DNA of 64,000 bases from Octopus sinensis (Eukaryota): NCBI RefSeq assembly GCF_006345805.1, contig NC_043014.1:1426001-1490000 (forward strand). The letters are read 5' to 3'. Numbering within the stretch: the stretch's first letter is position 1; the number at the start of each line of letters is the position of its first letter. Shown one piece after another: positions 49,136 to 61,558 of the stretch. A program made the position numbers and the translations under genes. The notes beneath the pieces are model-generated. The model did no database searches and was not told the DNA's origin. It was given only the letters and a program-made list of their open reading frames with translations.

Positions 49136-50707
49136 ATTAATCAATTAGTTGACTAATTACTTCAAGATAAACAGTTTGATGTGTCTCAATGACACATTGA
49201 ATTATTTCATGGAACTCTGTGGTGGACATCAAACACAACAACCTGTATTTTACGATATCCGTCTTAAGATTTCGATATCTACATGTTTGCTATATATCTC
49301 GTACTAACTATATGATATATATATATGTGCTAACTGTATGATAACTCTGGGTCTGCTGTTCCTGAAATGACCTGTGGCTAAATGGAACCAACCTCAGGAA
49401 CGGTGCCATTCAGAAACCCATGTCAACAGTGGGTTAACTCCCTTGGATAATTTTATGAAGATGTGTATTACGAAAGTAGAAGAGAGAGAAGACTCCTGTC
49501 TTGTCTGGAGTCAATAACCAAACACGATGTGGTACAACAGATGTGCACGTGGCATTTATACAATATGCTGGTGGACAGAAAAGCAGTGGATGGTTGTCCT
49601 TGAATGTGTTGCATGGACGAATTATTTGCATTTGTCACAACACATAGTATTGGGTGTTAAATCTATTGAAGATGTATGGTTCACTGTTAAAGGAATGGAA
49701 TGAAACACTATTAACATGGCAGCTGATATATGAGAGAGAGAGAGAGACAGAAAGAAGGGAGGTTATTAATGTGGATGGTTGAGATAGCACCAGCTTTGAA
49801 GATGCTGGCAGCTGACAAGGGGCAGCAAATAGCCAACATGTGTTATGTGTTTTGAAGGAGTAATTTTTTTTTTTTTACCCCAGACCTAAAATATTTAAAC
49901 CAGATATCATTCATCATCGTTCAACGTCTGCTTTCCATGCTAGCATGGGTTGGACGATTTTGACTGAGGTCTGGCGAACCAGGTGGCTGCACCAGGCTCT
50001 AATCTTGATTTGGCAGAGTTTCTACAGCTGGATGCCCTTCCTAACGCCAACCACTCTGAGAGTGTAGTGGGTGCTTTTTACGTGCACCGGCATGGGGGCC
50101 AGTCAGGCGGTACTGGCAACGACCTCTCTCGAATCTTTTTACATATGCCACCGGCACAGGTGCCAGTCAGGTGACGTTGGTAACGATCATACTCATTTAG
50201 TTGGGATTAAAATATGAGCAGGAGGACTGCATTGTGCTCCAGTATGTGCTTTGGTATGGTTTCTACTGAGTGTACAGGGAGATTTATTCATGGCGCCAGC
50301 ACTGACGAGGTTTCCATGTGGCCTGCAAGATGATGTTCCCAGTTGCCAAAATGAAACTTCAATAGATTCAAGGGGTTTTGATTCTTGGTGTTGTGAGGTT
50401 AGAGTATGAAGGGAAGTGTCACAACAGGTTTCTTGTTGTAGAATAGACAGATGGCTATTCACATTATACACGAGTGGGTGGAAGTGACCAGGGTAGAACT
50501 GGAAAAAGAAAAAGAGGGTGGTGATGATGTGTCAGGGTAGAAGAACAGGAAGGGTGGCGGGGTATAATCTATGAATCTGATTAATGGTGGGTGTCTTTGT
50601 GTGTAGCCAGTTTGAAAGCAAGAGGTGTGTGTTTGTGTGTTTGATTGGCTTTCTTCGTTATTTTTCATTTGGTGCCACTAAAAATGTCCTCTCTTCTTCT
50701 CTTTCAG

Positions 50708-50774
50708 TATTGTAGCTTTAGATTTCCCCTCCTGTGTTATTGGTGAACAAATTGAAATAACTGGGGAAAATCTG
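50708..50774 (+). CDS. STRIP1: STRIP1 exon 17 (SIVALDFPSCVIGEQIEITGENL)
   Basis: ctttcag acceptor, CTG|gtaagt donor; LD[FY]PxCV motif; 67 nt. Confidence 0.94.
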
Positions 50775-51006
50775 GTAAGTTCCACTGAAATATATCCTAA
50801 GACAAGGACCAGAATTTGTTGTTGTATAGAATTGGTCAATAATGATATCACAGGTCTAACGAAGAGGAGTAATTAAGTGAACATAATCTAAAGAACTTAA
50901 ACGTCTGATAGTCTTCACTTATAAGACTTAAGTCAAGTCACTTGTATAACATTTCCATGATTGGGGATCCTTAATTTCTTTACCAGGATTTTTTAACCCT
51001 GACTGG

Positions 51007-51216
51007 TTAACCCTTTTGTGCAGAACCACTTGAAACTGTCTGTGGTTCTGTGATTGCAACTTCTTATTTAAAACCTTCCTTCAAAATTTCGTAATATATT
51101 TTCTAAGCATCCGTTTAATAATGATGAAATTAATGTATTAAATTCTTCCTTAATTTCGAAATTAAGTGAAACGAAAGTGATGTATTTCAACTGAAATATG
51201 GTATCAAAAGGGTTAA
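51007..51216 (-). mobile_element. TTAA piggyBac-type MITE (older copy, opposite orientation)
   Basis: TTAA-CCCTTTT ... AAAAGGG-TTAA. Confidence 0.65.
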
Positions 51217-51944
51217 ATATGCATCCCACTTAAAAATTGATGTTCAGTTTAATGTTTGTCTAACAAAGCAATTGGAGTGTCTCAGTAAAAGATTTGCTAA
51301 GCTTCGTTTAAAATTTGACACGGCACTTACACTTTGGAAACTTTCTGTTACCCCTTTGGATAATTTCTGCTGTTAGGATGTCTCTTGTGCATTTTCCTTT
51401 TTGGCCTGGTAGAGTTCATCTCCCTCCAAGTCTGATTACGGTCAATCCTCCTAGAGAAAAAAAAAAACAAAAAAAAACGAGGAGAATAATTGTATCCTGT
51501 ACAGGACTGATTGTTTATTTGTTAACTCTGGGGGATGAAAGATAAAGTTGACTTCAGTGGGTTTTGAACTCAGGGAGCCAAGGGCCAAAGTAAAACAACA
51601 CAGTGAGTTTTATCTGATGCTCTAACAACCCCACTAGCTTTCCACCCTCCATATAACACCACATCTACCCCTTTGCCAAATATGTTACTTTGTGCTAATA
51701 TGAGAAATTATTACAACTAAACATTAAGAAAAGGTTGTGGAATGGTCAAGACGGTAAAACATCATCATTTAGGTCCATTTCTATGCATTTTGAGTTTAAA
51801 TCCTGCAAAAACTGATTTTATATTTTATCTCCCTACAGTTGGTACCAGTGATAAACTACGGTTGTGTCAATATGGCAAACTGCTGACAGCATTTTTATCA
51901 TTCTTTATTCTGAAATGTGTTTTGTTTCTTCATGTTTTCTGCAG

Positions 51945-52049
51945 GAAAATGGCGATGACCAAGTGTTCTGTTGGCGCAACTTGTTTTCCTGTATCAATCT
52001 TCTGAGAATTTTGAATAAATTGATCAAATGGAAACATGCCAGAACTATG
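51945..52049 (+). CDS. STRIP1: STRIP1 exon 18 (ENGDDQVFCWRNLFSCINLLRILNKLIKWKHARTM)
   Basis: ttctgcag acceptor, ATG|gtgagt donor; CWRNLFSCINLLRILNKL motif; 105 nt. Confidence 0.98.
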
Positions 52050-52404
52050 GTGAGTCAGTGCTTCTCTCTTTCCTCCTTGGTCTGGGATTCTCATTCCTTT
52101 AGACACCATTATTCTAAGAACATCCTCCCCCTCCTCATTTTAATGTTTACTTTTTTCCACTTCTGTGGTGAGATGGAATTCCCTTGATAAAATAAGTACC
52201 AGTCATGCACTGGGGTCAATTACATTGACCAGTCCCCCTCCCCCCAAACTTGGTGGCCTTATGCCAGAATTTAAACCCAGTATTGCACTATACTTTAACT
52301 GTATCATAACTACCACACATGTTTCCTATTGGACCATACTGTAATAACTCACCAGTGGGGTGGTCAAGCTTAAGATGGCATTCGTTGATGTATTCTCTGC
52401 AAAT

Positions 52405-53084
52405 AGGCGCAGGAGTGGCTGTGTGGTAAGTAGCTTGCTAACCAATCACATGGTTCCGGGTTCAGTCCCACTGCGTGACAACTTGGGAAAGTGTCTTCTG
52501 CTATAGCCTTGGGCCGACCAATGCCTTGTGAGTGGATTTGGTAGATGGAAACTGAAAGAAGCCTGTCGTATATATGTATATATATATATCCGAACGTGGC
52601 CATTGCCAGCGCCGCCTTGGCTGGCTTCCATGCCGGTGGCACGTTAAAAGCTCCAACCGATCGTGGCCGATGCTGGACCCCTCTGGCACCTGTGTAGGTG
52701 GCACGTAAAAAGCACCCACTACACTTGCGGAGTGGTTGGCATTAGGAAGGGCATCCAGCTGTAGAAACTCTGCCAGATCAGGCTGGAGCCTGGTGCAGCC
52801 CCTGGCTTCCCAGACCCCGGTCGAACCATCCAACCCGTGCTAGAGCGGAAAACGGACGTTAAACGATGATGATGATGTGTTTGTGTGTGTGTGTTTGTTC
52901 CCCTAGCATTGCTTGACAACCGATGCTGGTGTGTTTACATCCCCGTCACTTAGCGGTTCGGCAAAAGAGACCGATAGAATAAGTACTAGGCTTCCAAAGA
53001 ATAAGTCGTGGGGTCGATTTGCTCGACTAAAAGGCGGTGCTCCAGCATGGCCACAGTCACATGACTGAAACAAGTAAAAGAGTA
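52405..53084 (+). mobile_element. Family A SINE with a family B element nested in its internal microsatellite (52590-52876)
   Basis: Family A head 52405-52589, family B body with (GAT)n tail, then the family A 3' half resumes at ~52877. Confidence 0.85.
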
Positions 53085-53157
53085 AATGGACACAGTGTTG
53101 TTGTTTTTGTTATTGTAATGGGTTTTGTTTTATTTTTGTTTTGTTTTTCTTGTTCAG

Positions 53158-53362
53158 ATGCTGGTTGTGTTCAAGTCGCACCCCTTCCTGAAGCACGCCC
53201 TTACGGTCAAGCAGTCTATGATGCAACTCTACGTCCTGAAACTACTCAAGATGCAAACGAAATACCTCGGACGACAATGGAGGAAGAGCAACATGAAAAC
53301 CATGTCTGCCATCTACCAGAAAGTCCGACATAGACTCAACGATGACTGGGCCTTCGGAAATG
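53158..53362 (+). CDS. STRIP1: STRIP1 exon 19 (MLVVFKSHPFLKHAL...QKVRHRLNDDWAFGN)
   Basis: ttgttcag acceptor, G|gtgagt donor; QTKYLGRQWRKSNMKTMSAIYQKVRHRLNDDWA matches the STRIP sequence I recall; 205 nt. Confidence 0.98.
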
Positions 53363-53911
53363 GTGAGTCAGTTCCCAACCCCAAACGATGTCTGTCTGTC
53401 TGTCTCCCCTTCGTCTCTTCCAATGTTTTGTTGACTACGACCACTTCACACGACAACTTATATGTCACACCACACAAATACACTACCACTACACATTACA
53501 CACCCGTACATTACACTTACTCTCTACTTCTACACACTGCATGCACACACACACACACACACACACTCTACTACTTGGAACTACTCATAAACTCCATTTT
53601 ACATGCACACACACACACACACTACACATGCTGTACAAACACACTACCATACAACCACACACACACACTCTTTTCATACCATCACATACACTACACATTA
53701 CGCACCATATATTACTCACACACACACTCTACCACTACACACTGCACACACATACACATAAACTATCATTACGCACACAAACACACTACACATACATATA
53801 CTGAACACATATACTGCCTTACCACCATACACACACCACACACACACACACACACACACTAAGCCTTGTCTATTTCAATGCCGTTTAAGTTTGTTTTTCT
53901 GTGGTTTGCAG

Positions 53912-54162
53912 ACCTGGATACAAAACCGTGGGATTTCCAGGCTGAAGAGTGTGCGCTTCGGGCATGTGTCGACCGGTTCAACAACCGGCGGTATGGCACC
54001 AATGGAACGGACGTGAACTTCACACCAGTAGACAACTGTATACTCAGCGTTCTTGGACAGAATTTACAGCTGAGTGATGACTTTAAGCACAACTATGAGC
54101 TTTGGTTGGAACAAGAGGTGTTCTCGAACCAGGTCGACTGGGACCAGATCCTTCATCAATGA
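53912..54162 (+). CDS. STRIP1: STRIP1 exon 20, terminal (DLDTKPWDFQAEECALR...WLEQEVFSNQVDWDQILHQ*)
   Basis: gtttgcag acceptor; PWDFQAEECALR and PVDNC..SVLG motifs; TGA ends at 54162. Confidence 0.97.
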
Positions 54163-54594
54163 AATACAGCGCTGACAGCAGAAGGGAGGCACTGAACCCT
54201 TTTTTGGTGGACTGTCGACTAGGATCAAACACCTGTGGGGTACTGTAACCCCACCTCTTTAATTTTGGGCTGTAGGGGGGAATCAGTCGAAGTGAAAGGG
54301 GGCCCTTAGTGTGTTGTGTGGTGTTGTGGTGTTTGTAAGGGAATGAAATGCAGACATTGATGATGCTGGGTTGGGAAGGTTTGGTAAAGCTGAGATACAG
54401 TATTAGACCCTTACTCTTGATATTGGGGGTCAGAAGGATGTGGGGTGGGTGGTGGTGGTGGCGGGGGACAGGGAGCTGGAGTCAGAGACTGAGGGGGACT
54501 AGATTTTCTTTTAACTATTTATTTTAATGCTTTTCAGCTGTGTGTGTGTATATATGTATAGTGTTTATACATATATACACACAGTCACTAAACC

Positions 54595-54600
54595 AATAAA
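54595..54600 (+). terminator. Candidate proximal poly(A) signal of STRIP1
   Basis: AATAAA about 430 nt after the stop codon, followed by (TA)n. Confidence 0.45.
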
Positions 54601-54603
54601 TAT

Positions 54604-54653
<50 letters not shown>

Positions 54654-54656
<3 letters not shown>

Positions 54657-55208
54657 GAGGGTGAGTCAAATAGTAATGCCATTTTGTTTAGGACAGGTGT
54701 AATTACCAACGCAGGAACACGTATCATACATCAAAATGAAGCTGGTCCTCTGTGGATCACATCCCTACTTCTCAACATAGTCACCGTTTCTCTCAATAGC
54801 AATGTTCCACCTTCAAATGAGAGCATGTATCCCTACCCTGTAAAATTCTGTTGACTGTTCTTTGAGCTACTTCTTCACTACAGTTTTCACTTCCTCATCA
54901 CTAGAATAATGTTTGCCTCTCAAACCCTCTTTCATGGGGCCAAAGCGATGATAGTCCAGTGACGAGGAAGTGAAAACTGTAGTGAAGAAGTGGCTCAAAG
55001 AACAGTCAACAGAATTTTACAGGGCAGGGATACATGCTCTCATTTCAAAAGGTGGAACATTGCTATTGAGAGAAACGGTGACTATGTTGAGAAGTAGGGA
55101 TGTGATCCACAGAGGACCAGCTTCATTTTGATGTATGATACATGTTCCTGTGGTGGCAATTATACCTGTCCTAAACAAAATGGCATTACGTTTTGACTCA
55201 CCCTCGTA
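54654..55208. mobile_element. Mariner-derived foldback element built from two inverted transposase 3' ends
   Basis: TA-flanked TIR (c/t)gagggtgagtcaaa. Arms 54654-54902 and 54958-55208 are about 94-95% identical by eye. Each encodes SDEEVKTVVKKWLKEQSTEFYR.GIHAL..WNIAIERNGDYVEK*; the spacer encodes DYHRFGPMKEGLRGKHY on minus. Confidence 0.9.
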
Positions 55209-55424
55209 TATATATATATATATATATATACCCACCCCCACCCACACACAACTCAGATTTGTATATTTATAAATGTATAAGCTATATATAGATTAAATGA
55301 GCAACACAAAGAAACAAGCATGCGTGTGTGTGTGTGTGTGTGTGTATAGAAAAGGGGATCGAGCCCTCCTCCCCTCCTTCCTACATGCCATCTTGAAACA
55401 TGTCCATAACTTATTAAACTAAAC

Positions 55425-55430
55425 AATAAA
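55425..55430 (+). terminator. Candidate distal poly(A) signal of STRIP1
   Basis: AATAAA downstream of the mariner foldback element. Confidence 0.3.
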
Positions 55431-55714
55431 ATAGTCCTTGAAATATTTCAGATTTTGCCAATTCCATATTTGCTGCTCCAACACCTGTCTGAAACATTTC
55501 CATAGGAAACTAATCAGCCGTTCCTCACAGCATTTAGTGTAGAATTATTCCTATGTTTGGTCTTTTATTGCTAGTTTGAATATTCATCAGACATCGGTCC
55601 TGTTTGGCGCCGTTTGATGGAACCTACCAGTAATAGAAAGAACAACAGTTAAATTTAAATTCTAAGAATGCATGTTAACCATTTCATGTAAGGTTTCTGT
55701 CAGTTAAGGATAAC

Positions 55715-55749
<35 letters not shown>

Positions 55750-57229
55750 GGCGTGTGTGCAAGATAGTTTTGCAGAAGGGTAGAACTTGCTCCTGCATGC
55801 AAGTCTCCCACTTCTCTATACCACTAATGTTTATCCAAGAGAATGACCACTGATTTAGAATTGATGTGGTCTGGCACCAATGCCATGGTAGGTCCTTGCA
55901 GTCAGAATGCAAAGAACCAGATCCGATACTCCAAGACATCTCAGGTTTCTCTCTGATACAATCTCTGCCAATCCTCTCCCTCAGGTTGGTCGTTGTTTTT
56001 CAATCAACCCATGACGATACGAAAGGCAAAGCTGTCCTCTCAGTGTTTTGAACTCAGTGTGCAGCAAGTCAGAACAAGAAGTCTGTGAAGCACACTTACC
56101 AAAATTCTAAAGACTCTGCCAGTTCTTTGTTTATTTTGTTTTGTTTACTCTGTTTGTTGTTGAAATTCTTTGCCTTTGTTTCAATTAATTTTGAAAATAA
56201 CAAAGAAATTAGTAAAATAATTTTGTCATTAATTAACCTTGTGTTTGGGCCATGAATTAACATGAAAATTTGATGGAACAAGTTTCATAATTCAGATAAT
56301 TTTAATTCTTTTTTTTTTCATGTTTGTATTGAAATATATTGCTCTTGTTTCAAGACATTTAGTAAAGCAATGAAGAATTTATTAAAATGATTTTGTCTAT
56401 AAAGGCGGTGCTCCAGCATGGCCACAGTCGAATGTCTGAAGCAAGTAAAAGAAATAAAAGAAAATTAATTTGGTATTTAGGACAACATGGAATTTCGATG
56501 GAAGGTTTTAGTTTAGATTACTTTAAGATGAGGGATGTGTTTTGTGGAATTAAGGGCAGTCTCTGGTGGAATAGTATTAAAAGGGTTGAATATCAAGATT
56601 CCAACAGATTTCAGTTTTACTTGGAAAATTTGGATCTTGATTTTAAACAAATTGAGGATGTTATTGCTTTGACCTCCACTTTCCTGTTGCTCCCTGGGTC
56701 AGACAGAATCTGTTGAGTCTGATTCTCTGTGGCCAGGTGCCCTTCCTGTTGCCAACCTTCATCTGCCTCCAAGCAAGTGAATCATTCTGTCAGTCCTTCA
56801 AACAGAGATAGCACAATGTGGGGTGGACGGGATTTTGCAAGTGGACGACACCATTCGTAAGACAGTAATGCTTCTTTTTTACAATTAGTGCACGTTGTCA
56901 GGAAAAGGAGACACAAATAAAAAATATGTACACCCACACACACACACACTGTGGATGTCTTTCAGTTCCCATCTGTCAAATTTACTCACAAGGCTTTGAT
57001 CAACCAAAGACACGTGAGAAGCTGCACAGTGGGATTGAACTTGAAACATTATGGGAAGCAAGAATCTCATTCACACAACCATGTCTGTACCTACACACAC
57101 ACACACACACACACACCATACAAACACATAAGTGCAAAACAAGGTGGTAAAAATAATACTCAAATACTAAAGGTAGAATAAAATACTACTTCATCAATGC
57201 TGAAGTGTTTTTTTGGTTTTAATAAAACT

Positions 57230-57287
<58 letters not shown>

Positions 57288-57351
57288 GTGTATGTATAGC
57301 AGAATTAGAAATAGAAAGTCCTTGGTACAGTATTATGTATTTGAAAAATAT

Positions 57352-57503
57352 GAATAGAAATGGCTTACCTGTTAATTTTTCCACTTTAATAATTAGATGA
57401 TCTATAAATTATTAGGTGCTTACAAATTGCTTTGTAGGCACCTAATGATTTATAAACAGTTTATCAATAAAGTGGGAAAATTAACAGAAAAACCATTTCC
57501 GTT
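57352..57503. mobile_element. AT-rich hairpin MITE/foldback
   Basis: 57359-57426 pairs with 57431-57497 (about 80% by eye), loop ttgc; flanked by microsatellites. Confidence 0.65.
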
Positions 57504-58702
57504 CATTTATGTATATAAATATATATATATACACACACACACACATACACATGTACATACACATACTCACACACATAAACACAAATGCAAAGACCACATA
57601 TCGTTTAATCTGTCCTGTATAGACATATAAATATTTGATACCCTGCATGTTCCACCTGTAAAGTTACTAAGCTACAGGTGGGGAAGCCTGTTGTCATTTC
57701 CTCTATCAACAAACCCCCCATTGGCTCTAAACAGATTCCTTACTTGAATAATAGGTAATGAGGGTTAGCAACAGGAAGGGCAACCGACTGTAAAACAATG
57801 CCATGATAATATATTCCTCTAACTCATACTACCAGGAAAAACAGATGGTAAAACTTAAATCCAATGAATAATAAATCCATGTATATTCTGGTCCTTCTTA
57901 TTTCGTCTTTCTGTTTGGTTTTCAAATAATCTGGGACTCATTGAACAACCAGGGTTTATAGTTTTCTTCTTAGTTTAAATAATAATATGGCAACCTTGTT
58001 ATTCTGATTATCAAATCAAACTTCTTTTTTCCATTATTTACGATTATTTTACCTCTGTCCTTCCCTCTTCACAAAATGTGGTTTTCACTTCATTAAACTC
58101 TCTGTCAAAGAAGAACTAAACGGTTTGCATGAAATATGCTAACGTTGTTGAAAACCCACATTTTTTTGAAGAAAAATAATAATTTAAATAATGTAAAGAT
58201 AATTAAATGAATAGTCATTTGATTTTTAAAAAAAATGGATGCTATCTTTCCCACCTAGCTGGTTTTTGTGAGCCTTCTGGCTTGACCAACATAGTGAGGC
58301 AAAAATATGTTTGTTGAAAATGTAATTGTAACTTGAACAATTTAATTGCCTTCATACTGTGTTGGTGCTTCAGTTTTTATGTATAATTATGTGTGTGTAT
58401 TTGTCTTGCGAGCAACATGGCAACCTCACTAGTGCTGGTGCCACAAATATAGTACCCAGTACGTTCTGTGAAGGGATTTGGTATTATGGCATTAGGAAGG
58501 GCCTTAAGCCATAGAAAAGTAAACATTGGAGCATGAACCAGTCCTCCAATTGGTCGGATCCTGTCAAACTGTCCAACCCTTCCTTGCATGGAAGATGGAC
58601 GTAAAATGGCGATATGTTGATATATTGTCCATTCATTTTGTTTAATGCCTGTTTTCGATGCAGGCATAGCTAAGCACGAGGAAACTGAAACTGGATTTTG
58701 AG

Positions 58703-58758
<56 letters not shown>

Positions 58759-59459
58759 TGCTGAACATTTGTGTTTACAAAGGAAAATGTACTCTGTACA
58801 TAAAGTATAATTTCTATATTTTATTAGAAGCTGAAGCTTTTTGAATCATTACTTTAAGTTTCAAGATGATGATTTTTCAGACAATTGAAGCAAGAAAGCA
58901 GCATGACAATATATAAGCAAAAATATTCGTTATTCCTTTGTTGAAATAATAGTTTTTTGAAATTTGATTAATTGCCTAAACAAATGTTTCACACTCATCT
59001 GTTCCCGTGTCATGTGGTTAGGGCGTTGGATCCCTGATTCTCAGGTCGTGGTTCCATTCTTGGACCTAGCAACATGTATCCACGAGCAAGGTTCTGAGTT
59101 TACTCAGCTGTAAGTTTAAAGCAACTTGCAAAAATATGGTATAAACTACTGGGTTATATTTGTTTGTGAGTGATGACTAAGGCCGTTCAAAAATATATTT
59201 TTGTCCTCAGTACCACATGTGTAAAACACACAAAACCCAGGAAGGTGACTCTTCAGGCAGTTTTAGTGTTAATGAGAAACATTTTTTTAAAAAGATTATC
59301 TTTCAGTATATGATGAATCGTATACGTGGGAAATTATTTCAACCAATTGGTATTTGGAAATTTCTCGTCATATATCAATAGAGTTAGCTGAAAGAATTTA
59401 ATAATTTCAATCTCTTGTGCTAAACTGTGAAGAACTTGTAATCCTATGATGTACTTCTC

Positions 59460-59850
59460 TCAGCGACAAAGATTACTGCTTCTGGGGCAGTTAATACAGG
59501 GATATATTTGTTATGGATTAAATGAGGTTATATCTGTTAGTATAGGCTGGATAAAAATCCTTCAAAAAAATTCCTCACAGTGTACGTATCTCTTCAGATT
59601 CTCAGAAAGACATCTCACTGCTTCATTCTCCAAACATATTTGGAGTTTAAAGAATAACAATATTTAATATTAACAATTATAAACTCGATTGGTTCAATGT
59701 AGAGCATACGTCGTCCTACTGTAATGGTTCCAGAAGCTGCCATCTTTGTTTCTTGGAGAAATATAGCACTCTGTTATAGACCTTTACAATTTGGAACAAA
59801 AAATTGGAATTGATAAGTTCTGGAAGTCACTTTCATTAATATTTGTTAAG
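59460..59850 (+). mobile_element. Decayed Penelope-like GIY-YIG endonuclease fragment
   Basis: Fragments FSKHIWSLKNNNI and SSYCNGSRSCHLCFLEKY match PLE LSKxIWxLK and YxNxxKxCxLCLxEK motifs. Confidence 0.65.
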
Positions 59851-60258
59851 GAATTTTCAAAAAGTTTAGTTCCCACATATTGAATTTATCATACTCTGAA
59901 AGATAATCACACATTGAGAAAAAATAACCCTGAAATTGCCTAAATAATAACCAGCTTGCTTTTGTGTATTTTACACATATGATACTGAAGTCAAGATAAT
60001 AATACGTGTGGATAAGTAATTATTTCAGGTGTTATGCATCTAAAAGTTGGATGATTGTGTGAGGCAATCAAACAAAACGATCAGTTGTATTTCGACGGGA
60101 TTTACGAATACTTTTGATTATATATTGTCACGCTACTTTCTTTCTTGAATCGTTTGAATAAAAGGCAAATGAGAGAGTAACTGTTCATACTACAACTACT
60201 ACTAATAAAAATAACATATCCAATTGCTACGGTCTGTAGATGAAAAAGAAGATGGCAC

Positions 60259-60511
60259 TTAAAGCAAAGTGTATAGTTTATTCATATATTTTTAAAACTG
60301 AGATTGTTGTCAGTACTCCAATTTCATGCTCTTACTGTGTGTAATCTGAGTAAAAGTCTCATATATTCATTTGAAGCTTAGGCTTTCCTCTGTCACTACT
60401 CCGAGATTATTCATTTCTTCAAAGTAATTTACATATACGTTTCACGATAGTGTGGAGTATGTGATAGAAACAGGAAACTCAGAGTAACGACTGAGTAAAA
60501 CTTTGCTTTAA
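60259..60511. mobile_element. Possible TTAA-flanked (Kolobok-like) MITE
   Basis: TTAA-AGCAAAGT ... ACTTTGCT-TTAA; the TIR is only 8 bp beyond the TTAA. Confidence 0.3.
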
Positions 60512-60595
60512 ATAAATGTATATATTTTACGACGTGTTGAAATATTTTTCTCTTTTGTATGTCCAGCTAAATGCATACATATGTGTGTACGCGTG

Positions 60596-60633
<38 letters not shown>

Positions 60634-60638
<5 letters not shown>

Positions 60639-60846
60639 ATCATTATCGATTACACATAATGTATGTGTTTTGTTCGCCGGATTCGCTGCGGAATATTTCT
60701 TGGGAATGACACCCTTATGACGTTGGGTGTTAAAACACCTGAAAGTCAGCATTATAAGGGAGTCATCCCCAAGCGCTATACCGCAGCGAATCCGGCGAAC
60801 AAACAAAGCACGTGCATTGAATATGTGCGATCGATAATGTTTACAT
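60634..60846. repeat. CpG-rich ~210-nt imperfect palindrome (foldback/MITE)
   Basis: Arms 60634-60718 and 60753-60846 share a perfect core tttgttcgccggattcgctgcgg; inner hairpin ggtgt-taaa-acacc. Confidence 0.75.
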
Positions 60847-61290
60847 GACTAACGCACCTTGTAATTCGTTATTGAATACTCCTACACACACACTCATACG
60901 ACACACATGCATCGATGTGTGTGAATAATGCAGATTACATCGTCAGATATTATTGGTAAATTAATACCAACTTTGATGAGTTTCTCTGCAAAACAAAAAA
61001 AAAAAATAATAAAGAATCTACCATTTTCTCAACTTTGCTGCCGCAGAACTCTGCATAAAGGCTCTCTCTTGTTCCATGCTGCATTTAACAATTCCAAAAT
61101 AAAAATGGTGGTTTTTTAAATAATAAAAGAAAAAAAAAAATTAAACTCGAAGTCGTTTGTCTTTGATCATTTGTTGAATTGTCTTCGTGTTTTTTATTTT
61201 ATTTTATTTTTTGTACTTGTGTCTGGGCAAGGAAGCTGACCCCATGCCCCCTACTTTTTTTCTTGTAAATTTTCTGATACCTATCGTATC

Positions 61291-61558
61291 TTATTGGTAC
61301 ATGGCGAAGGCAGTGTCTGTTGATGGTGTTGACCAGGCATGGACTGACTTTATCGAGAAGAGGGCCGCTTGACACAAGTGGGCTGCACTACTAAAAAACA
61401 TTGAAGGTAAATTATCGTTAGGCATGCCATTCAGAAAGTCCCACAGGCCACAGTTTGCCCGTGACTGTCGTAGAAGGTGTCTGGCGATACACGACGAGAA
61501 ATGCGTCTGCGGATACTCAATGAAGATGGTTTCTATCGATACAGGGTGACGATGGTCT
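61291..61558 (-). CDS. Probable terminal coding exon of an unidentified convergent gene (DHRHPVSIETIFIEYPQ...ANCGLWDFLNGMP...AMYQ*)
   Basis: Long pyrimidine tract and ccaag acceptor on minus; 89-codon open frame of non-repetitive, CpG-retaining sequence ending TAA; AATAAA runs at ~61195-61210 downstream. Product not recognised. Confidence 0.5.

Noticed and set aside
53363-53862. His/Thr-rich extension of the 245-aa ORF
   Set aside because: Read-through into CA-rich intron 19; only 53158-53362 is exon.
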